64,000 nt of DNA from Leucoraja erinacea. Taxonomy: Eukaryota. Positions 52,001 through 64,000 of the stretch are shown here, one piece after another. Numbering within the stretch: the first letter of the stretch is position 1; every line of letters starts with the position of its first letter. The position numbers and the translations under genes are program-made. Under the pieces are notes generated by a model, which did no database searches, was not told the origin of the DNA, and saw only the letters and a program-made list of their open reading frames with translations. Location: assembly GCF_028641065.1 (NCBI RefSeq), contig NC_073400.1, positions 29,574,001 through 29,638,000 on the forward strand. Reading direction: 5' to 3'.

Positions 52001-53040
52001 TACTCTTGGCAAGAGACTCTGTGCTTTTACTTTATAATTGTTACGTGAGCCAAGGTACATGTGACAATAAGACTATAGATGATTACAATCAAGCCGTCCA
52101 AGTGTAACGTTCAACTTCTCACGTATGTCCATGGCACAATCCTGGGTCACATTGTTTAGATTAGTTTGGTTTATTGTCATGGGTACCAAGGTGCAGTGAA
52201 AAGCATTTCTGTCTCATGTTATCCAGTCAGCGGAAAGACTACACATGATTAAAATCAAGCCGTTCACAGTATCAAGGGAATAACGTTTAGTGCAAGATGA
52301 AGTCCAGTAAAGTCCAATTAAAGATAGTCCAAAGGTCTCCAATGAGGTGGATGGAAGGTCAGAACAGCTCCCTAGTTGGTGAGAGGATGGTTCAGTTGGG
52401 TGATAACAGCTGGGAAGAAACTGTCCGTGAATCTGGAGGTGTGCGTTTTCAAACTTCTGCATGTCACTGCTTTGCAGATTTTGAATTCTTATCTGTCCTG
52501 GACCTGTTTAGATCATATGCAATCAAGACAAATGTCAAGTATAATCGGTAGAGTGAAGGTAAAGATACAGAGTGCAGAATATAGTTCTCAGCATTGAGAA
52601 ATAATTTAATCACCAGATCCCAAACATCAGTCCTTAAGATTTATCTTTGCTCAGCCACAGCTTAATATCCAATCCTGAAACTTGCAACAAAGCTAGAATG
52701 AGCTTAGAGTAAAATATAAAGACTTCTATCTTCTTCTTCTTCTTCTTGCGTATGGCGTGCACAGCCTAAAGTTGTCAGACTACTTGTTCAATTTGATCTT
52801 ATTTGAATTTGCAAGTCGGGTTGATTGCATTAGTCGAAACAGGGCGGACTACACGAAGGTTGCAATCCCCCACCCAAGGCTTCTATGATTCATTCTGTCA
52901 CCAGTCCCATGCTATTGCTATAAATATACTTACTGTAACGAATGGTAATTTCGAAACTCAAGCAGAGCTGTGCAAAGATACAAAATAGGAACAATATCAC
53001 AAGTTCCACTGGAATCATATTTGCTTTCAAAACGTACACT

Positions 53041-53080
53041 ATGGACTTTGTATTTCTTTATTTCATGATCACCATTTCGG
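53041..53080 (+). CDS. Gene C exon 1: leader MDFVFLYFMITIS
   Basis: ATG, hydrophobic run and phase-1 donor G|GTAAGT. Confidence 0.8.
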
Positions 53081-56000
53081 GTAAGTGCCTGCAATTGCTG
53101 TTGGCTGCATATTGGTACATGATAATAGATAGATTAGGTTTCAGTGGAACTAAGGATGATTGGGAGAAGTTGGCTTGCCTAATGATAAGATTGTTCACAT
53201 CAACAGTGGGGCGACACGGTGGCGCAGCGGTAGAGTTGCTGCCTTACAGCACCAGAGATCCGGGTTCAATCCTGACTATGGTTGCGGTCTGTATGGATTT
53301 TGTACGTTCTCCTCGTGACTCCAAAGATGTACATATTTATGTCAATTGGCTTGGTATAATTGTAAATTGTCCGTACTGTGTGTAGGATAGCGCCCGTGTG
53401 CTCGATTAGCTGGTCGGCGTGGACTCGGTGGGCTGACGAGCCAGTTTCTGCGCTGTATCTCTAAACTAAACTAAACTAAGTTTGCTTGTATGGATGTGAA
53501 ATCATACAGTCTCCATTATCCAACCTCTCTAATCTGCAATGTATATTGTTCACAGAAGATCAAACATACCCAACTGGATGATCGAATCTGAGTGTCCGAC
53601 CCCTCTTTGTACTTGTGGGAGGTTGATGCACACAAGTCGGTCCTCTTGCCTCCTACCTTACGATAGTGACTGCATCAAAAATCTCATGATTGTCTGCAAA
53701 TTGTTTGGAAATTCTCTGACGATGTTTCAAGTCATCCTTGTTTCCTTCTACTTTGTGCAGCATCTGTTCGTGATAGATTGCTTTGAATTTTCTTTCCAAA
53801 TAAATAAAGCCATTTTAAGCATTTTAATTCTGAGCACACTTATCCGTTATCTATACTTTTTAAATTGATTTCGGATTCACTAACTGGGCTGGATGCCAAC
53901 CCAAACATGTCGCTTATCCTTCTCCACAGATGCTGCCTAACCCGTTGAGTTACTCCAGCGCTTCATGTCCTGTTCTGAGCCATATTGTGTCAGTATAAGG
54001 ATGGTTAGGTGATTGGGGAAAAAACAGGTGCAATATGACATGAAGAATTGTGAAATTATCTATCTTGACATGAAGCAAGGAAGAGCAGGATATTTTTTAA
54101 GAGCTTCCAGCGTGGTTAAAATTTGGCATTCCTTGCAATCCCGCTGTCCCGTTTGTGAAACCATTTCAATTATGTGAGGAGTTCAGGAAGTGAAAAAAAA
54201 GTACTTAAAGCAATGTATATATATCTTGGGATGAAGTAAGGACAAAATATTTTATTCAGCATGAAATTATGATCTGCCAGTTTCACATTTAAACAATCAA
54301 ATGAAACAGGTGTATCTTCCCGAGAGTAGGTGAATTGTGCACCAGAGGACATAGGTTTCAGGTCAAGGGGAAAAGATTTAATCTGAATTTGAGGGGTGAC
54401 TTTTTAATACATAGGGTGGTGGGTGTATGGAACAAGTTGCCAGAGGAGGTAGTTGAGGCTGGGACTATCCCAACATTCCAGAAACATAGACAGGTGCATG
54501 GATAGGACATGTTTGGAGGGATATTGCCAAACATGGGCAGTTGGGATTAGTGTAACTGGGACATTGGGCCAGTGTAGGCAAGTTGGGCCGAAAGGCCTAT
54601 TTTCATGCTATCACTCCATGCCTATGTTGGGTGAATTAGAATTTGGTGAGAGTTAGGACATTGGAAAAGCAGCCAACATAACCAAACACTTGTCTCACCC
54701 TAGTCATTCCTTTTTCCTGTTCCCATCCAGCAGAACGTACATAAGCTTGAAAGAATGCATCACCAGACTCAGGAACATCTTTCCCACTGTAATCAAGCTG
54801 TAGAACGGTCCTTCCATAAGCTAGGGTACTATCCTATTCACCTCTATCCCAATGCAGACATTGTACTTTGTCTATGAAACTGATGCACTACAATGCTTAG
54901 AACTATTCTGCACTCTGTATCTTCCCCTTTGCTCTATTTATTGTACCAGTAGGATGATCGCATTTATGTTATGTTTGTTTAGTGTAATTTAGTTTAGTTT
55001 ATTATGGTCACATGTACCGAGATACAGTGAAAAGCTTTTTGTTGCGTGCTATCCAGTCAGCCGATAGACTATACATGATTACAATTAAGTCATCCACAGT
55101 GTACACATACAGGATAAAGGAAATAACATTTAGTGCTTGGATTGCAGGCAAAACAAAGCTTTCCACTGTACCATGGTACACTTGACAATAATGGACCTAA
55201 ACATGGAGCAAATGTTTGAAAGTCCTTTAGTTCTCTAGTTATTAATCTGCCACAAATATTATGTTTTAATATGCATTTTATATTTTCACACTGAACAGTT
55301 ACAAATGCTGCTCTAAGTGGACCACGTGCAGTAAATGGAACAGAGGGGCAATCAGTCCATATCACATGTACATATAATCGATATTTCAGCCACTTCCCAA
55401 AGTACTGGTGCAAAGGCGGTGACTGGATGAGATGTACCATTCTGGTACAAACCATTGGCCATAACAAGACAACGTCTGATGGCAGAATATCCATTACAGA
55501 TGATACCAAAGTCGGGGAGTTCTCAGTCACCATGGAAAATCTCACCCTGAATGATGAAGGGTGGTATTGGTGTGCGATTAGGAGAATTGTCATTGACCTG
55601 CGAAGTCGTGTGAAACTTAATATCATTGAAAGTAAGGCTTGAATATACTTTTGTAAACGTCAATGCTCTTACATAGTCTGCTGTGTGAATTATTATATAG
55701 TTTGCGGTTTACATAGCTTTTAACAGAATTATTATTCTAGAAAGAAATTAAGATATTTTCTGTTGGAACATTAATTTTTAACTATGTTAATCTTAATTTT
55801 AATTTAACCTTTAATTTTTAATTTAAATTTAACCTGTAATTTAAGTTTTCATTTAATTTAATTTCAGTTCAACAGGAACATGGATAGAATAGGTTTGGAG
55901 GGATACGGGCCACCGCAGACAGCTGTGACTAGGGTAGCTGGGACATGTTGTGGGCAAGTTGGGCCGAAGGGCCTATTACTACGCTGTTTGACTCTTCCAT

Positions 56001-58243
56001 GGCTCTATGGCTCTAATTTAAATGTTAACCTAGTCATTGTACTAGTTTCACTGCCATCCTGGAGAGTTTCTCTCTGTATAACTCATTTACACCTAGCTCA
56101 CAGCTATCAATAGCCTGTCTCCTTGATCATCGTTACTGTTTTGCATATCTTTCATTCATTTGTTCTATATCTCTCTATATCACTGTCTATATCTCTCATT
56201 TCCCTTTCCCCTGACTCTCAGTCTGAAAAAAGGTCTTGACCCGAAATGTCACCTATTCATTTTCACCGGAGATGCTGCCTGACCCCGCTGGGTTACTCCA
56301 GCTCTCTGTGTCGATCTTTCTAAACCTCGTCAAAAACCTTGGTGTGATATTTGACTCAGCGTAGAAATTTGACAAACAAGTCAATGCTGTGGTAAAAGCT
56401 AGCTTCTTCCAGGTTCGGACGATAGCTAAAATAAAACAATTCCTCCATTTAGACGGCCTCGAAAAGATCATCCGCACATTTATCTCCTCCTGCCTCGATT
56501 ACTGCAACTCCCTTTACACTGGCATCAGCCTATCTTCCCTGTCCCGCCTGCAACTGGTCCAAAACGCCGCAGAGAGACTCCTGACGTGCACACGAAAAAG
56601 GGACCACTTCACCCCGATTCTGGCCTCTCTCCACTGGCTCCCTGTGCGGTACCGAATAAATTTCAAGATCCTTCTTTATGTTTACAAAGCCCTTAACGGG
56701 CTTGCTCCCACCTACATCAAAAGTCTTCTTACCCACCACACCACCTCCAGGTCCCTCAGATCGGCCGACTTAGGGTTACTGACCATCCCGCAGTCTAGGC
56801 ATAAGCTCAGGGGTGACCGCGCCATTGCGGTTGCAGCTCCTAGACTGTGGAAAAGCAGCATCCATCTTCCCATCAGAACTGCCCCCTCCATCGACTCAAA
56901 AGACTCATCGACTTAAAACTCATCTTTACTCTCAAGCCTTTCTTGACGTCCTCTGAGGGAGGGCTATATGTATGTATTTATGTATGTACTTAATCTATGA
57001 ACCAATGTTGTATAACGTTAGTACCTCCACCAATGTAAAGCACTTTGGTCAACGAGAGTTGTTTTTTAAATGTGCTACAGAAATAAAAGTGACTTGACTT
57101 GACTTAACTTCATATTAAACCAGCATCTGCAGTTCCTACCTACACATTACATTTTCACTTTTTGTTTGTGAACAAATTGATGGGTTAGATTAAACATGTT
57201 ATAGACATTTACCTGCACTACTAGCCAACAGTAACTGACCTCAATTTTAACAAGTCATCATTTACTTTTTCAATCACAGATCCGTCAACGTCAAAGGATA
57301 TCTGGTAAAGGCTAAATCTTTATAAAGTTATATCTTCTAAATACTTACACTATATCTGCATAGCTATAGTGATGAATACTTCTGTACAAGGGGTTATCAC
57401 TGCTTCTTGGTGGTTTCACTGGTCAATGTTTGTCTAGAAAGTTGGGGGAGAATGTGGAGAATGAAGGATTATTTATTTACGGTTTCAGAATCAAGGGGAA
57501 TATTATAGAACATGTAAAAGTGTACAATATGTGGCAGAGAATCAAGATGTTGGATTGCACTTTAGTTCAGATTAGTGATACAACGTGAAATTGATCCCTT
57601 GGCAACAAATGATCACCTGTATCCTTGTTCCATCCTATACCCAGTGGACCATTTACAGAAGTCTGAAGAAGTGGCCTGGCCCCAAATATTACCTATCTCT
57701 GAACTCCAGAGATGCTCCCTGACCCGCTGAGTTACTCCAGCACTTTGTGTCCCCAACAGTCTTGCCCAAGTAAATATGGGCGGCACTGTGGCGCAACGGT
57801 AGAGTTGCTGCCTTACACAACCTGGGTTCGATCCTAACTACGGGTGCTGTCTGTACAGAGTTTGTACGTTCTCCCGTGACCGTGTGGGTTTCCTCCGAGA
57901 TCTTCAGTTTCCTCCCACACTCCAAAGACGTACAGGTATGTAGGTAAATTGGCTTGGTGTAAATGTAAATTGTCCCTACTGTGTGTAGGATAGTTAATAA
58001 GTGGGGATCATTGGTCGGCGCAGACTCGGTGGGCCGAAGGGCCAGTTTCTGCACAGTATCTATATTGCTACAAATAATTGGACGCACATCCACCTGTACT
58101 CTTATTAAACGCCTTTGATTAAACTGTTTTGCCTCTTTCCTCTTAGGAAACATAATACTAACTACAATTTCATATGGAGCATTTTGCGTTGGATATTCTT
58201 TGCCATTCTGCTTGTCTGGGGTATCGTGACCACGAGAATGTAG
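53041..58243 (+). CDS. Gene C: single-V CD300-like activating-type receptor, join(53041..53080,55299..55631,57280..57304,58147..58243), 164 aa
   Basis: Phases 1,1,2 are compatible; 495 nt; leader, V domain, micro-stalk, Arg-containing TM, TAG. Confidence 0.8.
53208..53479 (+). mobile_element. V-SINE (HE1-like)
   Basis: ggtggcgcagcggtagagttgctgcc...gggttcaatcc head and (CTAAA)n tail. Confidence 0.8.
55299..55631 (+). CDS. Gene C exon 2: Ig V-set domain, CD300 type (LSGPRAVNGTEGQSVHITCTY...KYWCKGGDWMRC...DEGWYWCAI)
   Basis: The GP..V.G..G.SV.I.C.Y and KYWC-x7-C patterns are typical of CD300/pIgR; acceptor aacag, donor A|GTAAGG; ORF 55427..55642 is the 3' part. Confidence 0.95.
56327..57110 (+). 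mobile_element. L2-clade LINE 3' fragment in gene C intron 2
   Basis: NLGVIFDS, LDYCNSL, LQLVQNAA, TPILASLHWLPV..RI.FKIL; (GACTT)n tail. Confidence 0.88.
57280..57304 (+). CDS. Gene C exon 3: 25-nt micro-stalk exon NPSTSKDI(W)
   Basis: tttttcaatcacag acceptor, TG|GTAAAG donor; supplies the phase 1 to phase 2 link needed between the V and TM exons. Confidence 0.7.
57778..58062 (+). mobile_element. V-SINE (HE1-like)
   Basis: Head, core and tail match the family. Confidence 0.8.
58147..58243 (+). CDS. Gene C exon 4: TM with arginine, KHNTNYNFIWSILRWIFFAILLVWGIVTTRM*
   Basis: Pyrimidine tract plus tag acceptor; IW...RW..FA.L aligns with the gene B TM; TAG at 58241, splice donor at 58257. Confidence 0.85.
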
Positions 58244-59086
58244 GCAAAGAAAACAGGTAAGATTTATTTTATTCACCCCTTTCTGCATCTTTAAATTCAA
58301 CATTGACAACACATTGGAGTAACTCAGCAGGTCAGGCAGCATCTGTGGAGGAGATGGATAGGGGATGTTACAGGTCAGGACCTTCCTTCAGACAGATGAG
58401 GGAACACCTTGCTGGGAATTAAGTTAGTAAGTTCATGTGATAAGAGCAGAGTTAGGCCCATTCGGCCCATCAAGTCTACTCCGCCATTCAATTAAGGCTG
58501 ATCTATCTCCCCCTCCTAACCACATTCTCCTGCCTTCTCCCCATAACCCGACACCTGGATGTAATAGCAATCTCTGCAAGGGTAAAGCTGTTGCCTCACA
58601 TGCCAGAAACCTGGGATTGATCCTGAGCTCAGGTGCTCTCTGTGTGGAGTTTGCACGTTCTCCCTGTGATTACGTGGGTTTTCTCCTGGTGCTCCGATTT
58701 CCACCTCCCCCCCCCTCATATCCTCAATCTTTCCCTCTTAAACCCATTCTCCTACCTTCTGCCCATTACCCCAGGCACCTTTTATAACTATTTCTAAGAA
58801 TTAATTAAAAATTAAGTGTCCTTTCCTCCTTTCCAGTCCATCATGTCAGGCGATAGCAAGGAATATCCAGCAGAGATTGACAGGTTCTTGATTAGTACAG
58901 GGGTCAAAGTCCACGCGGAGAAGGCAAGAGAATGGGGTTGAGAGGGAAAGGTAGATTATTCATGACTGAATGGCAGAGTAGACTCGATGGACCAAATGGC
59001 CTAATTCTGCTCCTATAACTTACGAACATAAACTTTCTTTAGGATAAGCCTGCATTGCAGTTCCTTGTAGTTACATATTCCTTGTA

Positions 59087-59390
59087 GGGTGCCATGGTGA
59101 CGCAGCGGTAGAGATGCTGCCTCACAGCGCCAGAGACCCGGGTTTGATCCTGACTATGGGTGCCGTCCGTACGGAGTTCGCCCCGTGCGTGACCTGTGTT
59201 GGTTTTCTCCGGCAGCTCCGGTTTCCTCCCACACTCCAAAATGCAGGATGGTAGACTACTTGTCTTGGTAAAATTGTACATTGTCCCTAGTGTGTGTAGG
59301 ATAGCGTTAGTGCACCGGGATCGCTGGTCGTCACGGACTGGGTGAGCCGAAGGACCTGTTTCTTAGCTGTATGTCTAATCTAAACCTAAA
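59087..59390 (+). mobile_element. V-SINE (HE1-like)
   Basis: Head, core and tail match the family. Confidence 0.75.
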
Positions 59391-62300
59391 CATACTGCTA
59401 AATCGGTAGTTTGCTTCTCTTTTAGACAAGTTCTATCCTACCCACTAGGGACAATGTACGGGAAGTTACAGGTGACCTGTCGGTTGCCCAACCTGTCGGA
59501 GATTCTGGAGTTCTCTGATTTTATTCCTTTTGTTCAGCATGTGTGTATAATGATGATTGCCAAGTACAAAATTGCAGGACACAAAGACTCAATTCTGTTT
59601 TGCAAGATGCAAATTGTCTTTCATTCTTTGCCTTCCAGGGCGAGAGCGGTCTGTCACTCTGCACCACTGCCCCATAACTCATCAGCTCTTTCAACACTGA
59701 AAACCATCCAGTGAACTGAAGAACAAGGACTATCCTCAATGTATTCCTGTTTATCACATACACACCACCGACTGGCCGACTGATCTGATGTAAATACTGT
59801 GCTCTCAAAGCATTAGTTCCCTTACAAGGTCTCTGCTCCCCAATAGAAGGGGAATTTGTTTTCTCCAGTTTTTAGTTTATTGTCACATGTACCGAGGTAT
59901 AAGGACATATGTGATAGGAGCCAAATTATGCCATTCAGCCCATCAAGTCTACTCCGCCATTCAATCATGGTTGATCCATCTCTCCCTCCTTACCCCGTTC
60001 TCCTGCCTATTCCCCATAACCTCTGACACCGAAGAATCTATCTATCTCTGTCATAAAAATACCCATTAACTTGACCTCCACAGCCTTCTGCAGCAAAGTA
60101 TTACACAGAGTCACCACCGAGCGGGCGACAGCATCCTTTGCCAAGGATCGCCAGTGTTGGAGCTCCGACTGCGGGATGGAGCAGCGGTCTGCGGAGCTTC
60201 TAGCCGCGGCTGCGGCGCGGTCTTTAACATCGCGGAGCTGTGACCCTTTGCCAAGGATCGCCAATATTAAAGCTCTGACCGCCGGGCCTGTGGATTATAA
60301 CATCATGAAGCCGCAAGAAGCGGCTGATTCGGGAACTCCAAGCCACGGAGTGTGTTCCGATCCGTTCCGACATCGGAGCTTCGATCATCCCGACGAGATG
60401 GCCTGAACATCTGTAGCAGCGACTGCGGAGGGTTCAAGGCCCCCGACCACGGGTGAATAAAGGAGGAAGATGACCAAACTTTATTGCCTTCCATCACAGT
60501 GAAGAATGATGATTCCACTGTGGTGGAAGTTCATGTTAAATTCTATTATGTATGGTGTTCATTTTACTTGTATGGCTGTATGTTAACTCAAATATCGCTG
60601 TTCCTTAATTGGTGCATGTGACAATAAATGTGAACTTGAACTTGAATAATCTCTGTTAAGCCCATGACTGCAGACTGCTAAGCAGAAAAGGGGGGGGGGG
60701 GGGGGGGGGGGGGGGGGAATCAGCCTCTAAAGAAAAGCCAGTGGTTCAAACTGGTCACCGAGTGATCTTACTTCAATTATATCAACCCACTGTAAGCTTG
60801 TTCAACGAGAACCTCAAAGTTTGTTCCAGCTGGCCTCCGTTGCCTAAAATGTCTCGAAACGGTTGAAGTTCCTCATCTTGTGCTTCACTTTGGTTGCAAT
60901 GAATGTGGGAGGAACTTTGTCACGGCCGTGCCAGTCCCAGCGACTTCTTCCTCCATTACATATGTGCTGAAGTGTAAAGCTTCACACTGAATGTTATTTT
61001 CTGGACTGAGAATGTTCACGTTTGTTCATAACAGTGATAGCTATGACTAACTTTTACAGAAGAGGAGTTTAGCTTAGTTTAGTTCAGTTCAGTTCAGTTT
61101 CGAGATACAGCATGGCAGCAGGCCCTTCGGCCACCTAGTCCGCACTAACCAGCGATCCCCACACACAAGCACTATCCTACACACACTAGGGATAATTTAC
61201 AATTATACCAAGACAATTACCATACAAACCTGTACTCCTTTGGAGTGTGGAAGGAAGCCGGAGATCCCGGAGAAAACTCACACTGGTCACAGGGAGAACG
61301 TACAAATTCTGTACGGATAGCACCCATAGTCAAGATCAAACACGGATCTCTGGCACTGCGAGGAACAAACTCTACCACTGTGCCATTGTGAGACCCTGTG
61401 TAATTTCGACCATTAAACCTTTAGTGTTTTTCCTGATTGCTTCCAACACAGTAATGTCAATTCCCCTGAGAATTCTCCAATATTCCAGCAGAGATGCGAG
61501 GAGATTCACACAGAATTACATGAAATAGGGAACTATTTACGATTGTCACGTAGCATTAACAGCTGGGTTGGTTATTTTGGGCAGTCAATAACCAATTTCT
61601 CATTCTTTGAACCAAAGATCAGAAACTATTTTGTGTACTCAGCTCAAGTTGCCAATGTACAATGCAGGTTGCTAACGCTCACAGTCAGGAACTAGTTTAG
61701 TTTAGTCGAGAGATAAAGCATGGAAACAGGCCCTTCGGCCCATCAAGTCCGTATCAACCATTGATCACCATTCACACGATAGATGTTACCCCACTTTCCC
61801 ATCCACTCTCTACTGAGGCCAATTAACCTACAAACCTGTACGTCTTTGGGAAGTGGGAGGTCGGAGCACCCGGAGGAAACCTAGGGGGTCAACCTGCAAA
61901 CTCCACACAATCAGCACCCCAGGTCAGGATCAAACCCGGATCTCCTGGTGCTTTGAGGCAATTAACTTCACAATTATGCATGAACGCAACATTTTATTTG
62001 CACATTATTTGGTCTTGGTTTAATGAAAGCCAGCCATGTTTGCAAAATTACTTGTTTATCAATAAAGCAGTCTCTGAATTCTCGTGATTTAAAAAAAAAA
62101 GGAAACGTGGTATAAACTATTTTGTGGAAAAATTCACCACACTCATGAGATTTTTTTTTTTAAACTGTCATCACTTCTGCACAGTACTTTCTAAAACTAT
62201 TGCAGACATGGGGAAACCTGAACTTCCTCACTGTCTGCATTTATTTCATCATTTGGGGGTTGTAGTGTTGCTGACAAGGCATGTGCGTATCGCCCATTCC

Positions 62301-64000
62301 TTACTGCCCTCGTTGAAGTGGCTGTTAGCTGCCTCGTTGAACCATTGCTATCCTGGCAAAGGTTCCATCACAATTGGGGAGTGTGTTCCAGACTCAGACA
62401 CAGCCAACAATATATTTTGAAATCAATATGGTGCGTGACTGGAACTGATGAGTTGGAAGCATGACTTGATGACTCAGAGCATAAGAAATAGAAGCAGGGG
62501 TTAGTCATTCAATGCTCAATCTTGCTTTAACACTAATGGCACTTACATAAACTAGGGTACTGTCAAATTCACCTCTACCCCATTGTAGACATTGGACTTC
62601 CTATATGGAACTGATGTGTTACTATGCTGAGAACTATATTCTGCACTCTGTATTTATGCTTAAAGATACCTCACGGAAACAGGCCCTTCGGCCCTCCGAG
62701 TCTGGACTGACCAGTGATCACCCATTCTATCTTGCACAATTCTCTCCTACGCACCAATTTACAGAAACCAATTAACCTACAAGCCTGCATGTATTTGGAA
62801 TGTGGGAGGATACCTGAGCAAACTGAGAAAACCCATGCGGTCATAGGGCGAACATACAAACTCTATGCAGACAGCACCCATTGTAATCCCAAAGACGTGC
62901 GAGTTTGTAAGTTGAAGATAGATATAAAGTGTTGGAGTAACTCAATGAGTCGGGCAACATCTCTCAGAGATTCTCTGGAGTGAAAGGTTGGGAGACGTTT
63001 CAAATTGGGCCCATTCTTCAAACGGGGTGTGAAGGGTCCAGAACTGAAACGTCACCCATCCTTTTTCACCAGAAATGATGTATAACCATTGAGTTACTCC
63101 AGCACCTCACATCTATCTTCAGTATGAACCAGCATCTGCGATTCCTTTCTACACAGGTTTTTAAGTTAAGTAGCTTCTGAAAATTGCCCTTAGTGTGGAT
63201 GGAACTAGTATACGGCTGATCGCTGGTCAGTATGGACTCAGTGGGTCGACAGGCTCATTTCCACACTGCATCTCTAAACTAGGCTTCACGGCTACCACTG
63301 CTGATGTTGCTTTTGTATTCCTGGAATTTAATGAACAATTGTCCAGTTGCTTTGCTAGATTTCATCTTCCATTCACAAATCATTGTTCCAGGTCAACATG
63401 TATCCAATTCAGCAATGTAATTACTCTGATACAGTACGCACTTTTAAACAGTAACTGAGCAATGGGGATCATGGGCGACTGACAATAGTGTTGAACCAGC
63501 CAGCTTCCACCTGGTCCTTCCAGGTGGTGGTATCAGTTGGACCGAGCTACACTTGAAGAAGCTCAGACCAACTTAAGGACAAAGGACATTTATTGCCACA
63601 TTCGCCATTTCTGGCGTAATAAAATTTGAGTTGCCATTTGCAGCACACCAATAAAAGTAAGACACCATATTAAAAAGAATTGAACATACAACATAAAAAC
63701 ATCCCTCCACAATGGTTTCCACTGTGAGGGAAGGCACAAAGTCCAGTTCTCTTCCCCTTGTTCACCCGTGGTCGGGCCTATTGAGGCCTCCGCAGTAGCC
63801 GCAACGACGGTCCGATGTTACAGGCCCTCTCGCCGGATGATGGGGCTTCGGCGTCGGGAGAACACTCTTCAGCGGCTTGGAGCGTCTGGAACTGGAGCTT
63901 GCTGCCAGAGACCACGGCTCCCGAAGTCCACAGGCCTCGCTGGTCGGAGCTCCGACACTGGCGATCTCGGCGAGAGCTCCCATGCTCCGCGGTGTTTCAA

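Noticed and set aside
8229-55631. V exons as rearranging Ig/TCR V segments (CACAGTG heptamers occur in the window)
   Set aside because: Each V exon encodes its own G strand and ends in a splice donor with no adjacent RSS; the heptamers noticed lie mostly in repeats.
3841-58243. Calling the genes PIGR or a specific CD300 ortholog
   Set aside because: Single V domains with ITIM or Arg-TM signalling do not match pIgR, and orthology cannot be set without a phylogeny, so gene symbols are left empty.

Overview
Repeat-rich eukaryotic (vertebrate) genomic DNA. The HE1/V-SINE-type tRNA SINEs, CR1 fragments and Penelope fragments point to a cartilaginous fish, probably a skate or ray; this is an inference. 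Manual splice-phase reconstruction gives three tandem + strand, multi-exon Ig-superfamily receptor genes with CD300/pIgR-type V domains, resembling the skate MDIR family. Gene A (3841-14520, 291 aa) is leader, V, Ser/Thr stalk, uncharged TM and a tail with 3 ITIMs plus 1 ITSM, so it looks inhibitory. Gene B (19971-34443, 304 aa) is leader, a V domain about 72% identical to A, an FcRL-like C2 domain, stalk, a TM with an NxxR arginine motif and a short tail, so it looks activating. Gene C (53041-58243, 164 aa) is leader, a divergent V, micro-stalk, Arg-containing TM and essentially no tail, so it also looks activating. Together they form a paired activating/inhibitory receptor cluster with an excess of amino-acid changes between the V exons of A and B. 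Other content: a degenerate DIRS element, an L1 flanked by an ~800-bp direct duplication, Rex1, L2 and CR1 LINE fragments, Penelope elements, more than 20 dispersed hammerhead-ribozyme-like motifs, an Academ-like TIR element and two assembly gaps inside gene B. Most entries in the ORF track are repeat-derived noise.
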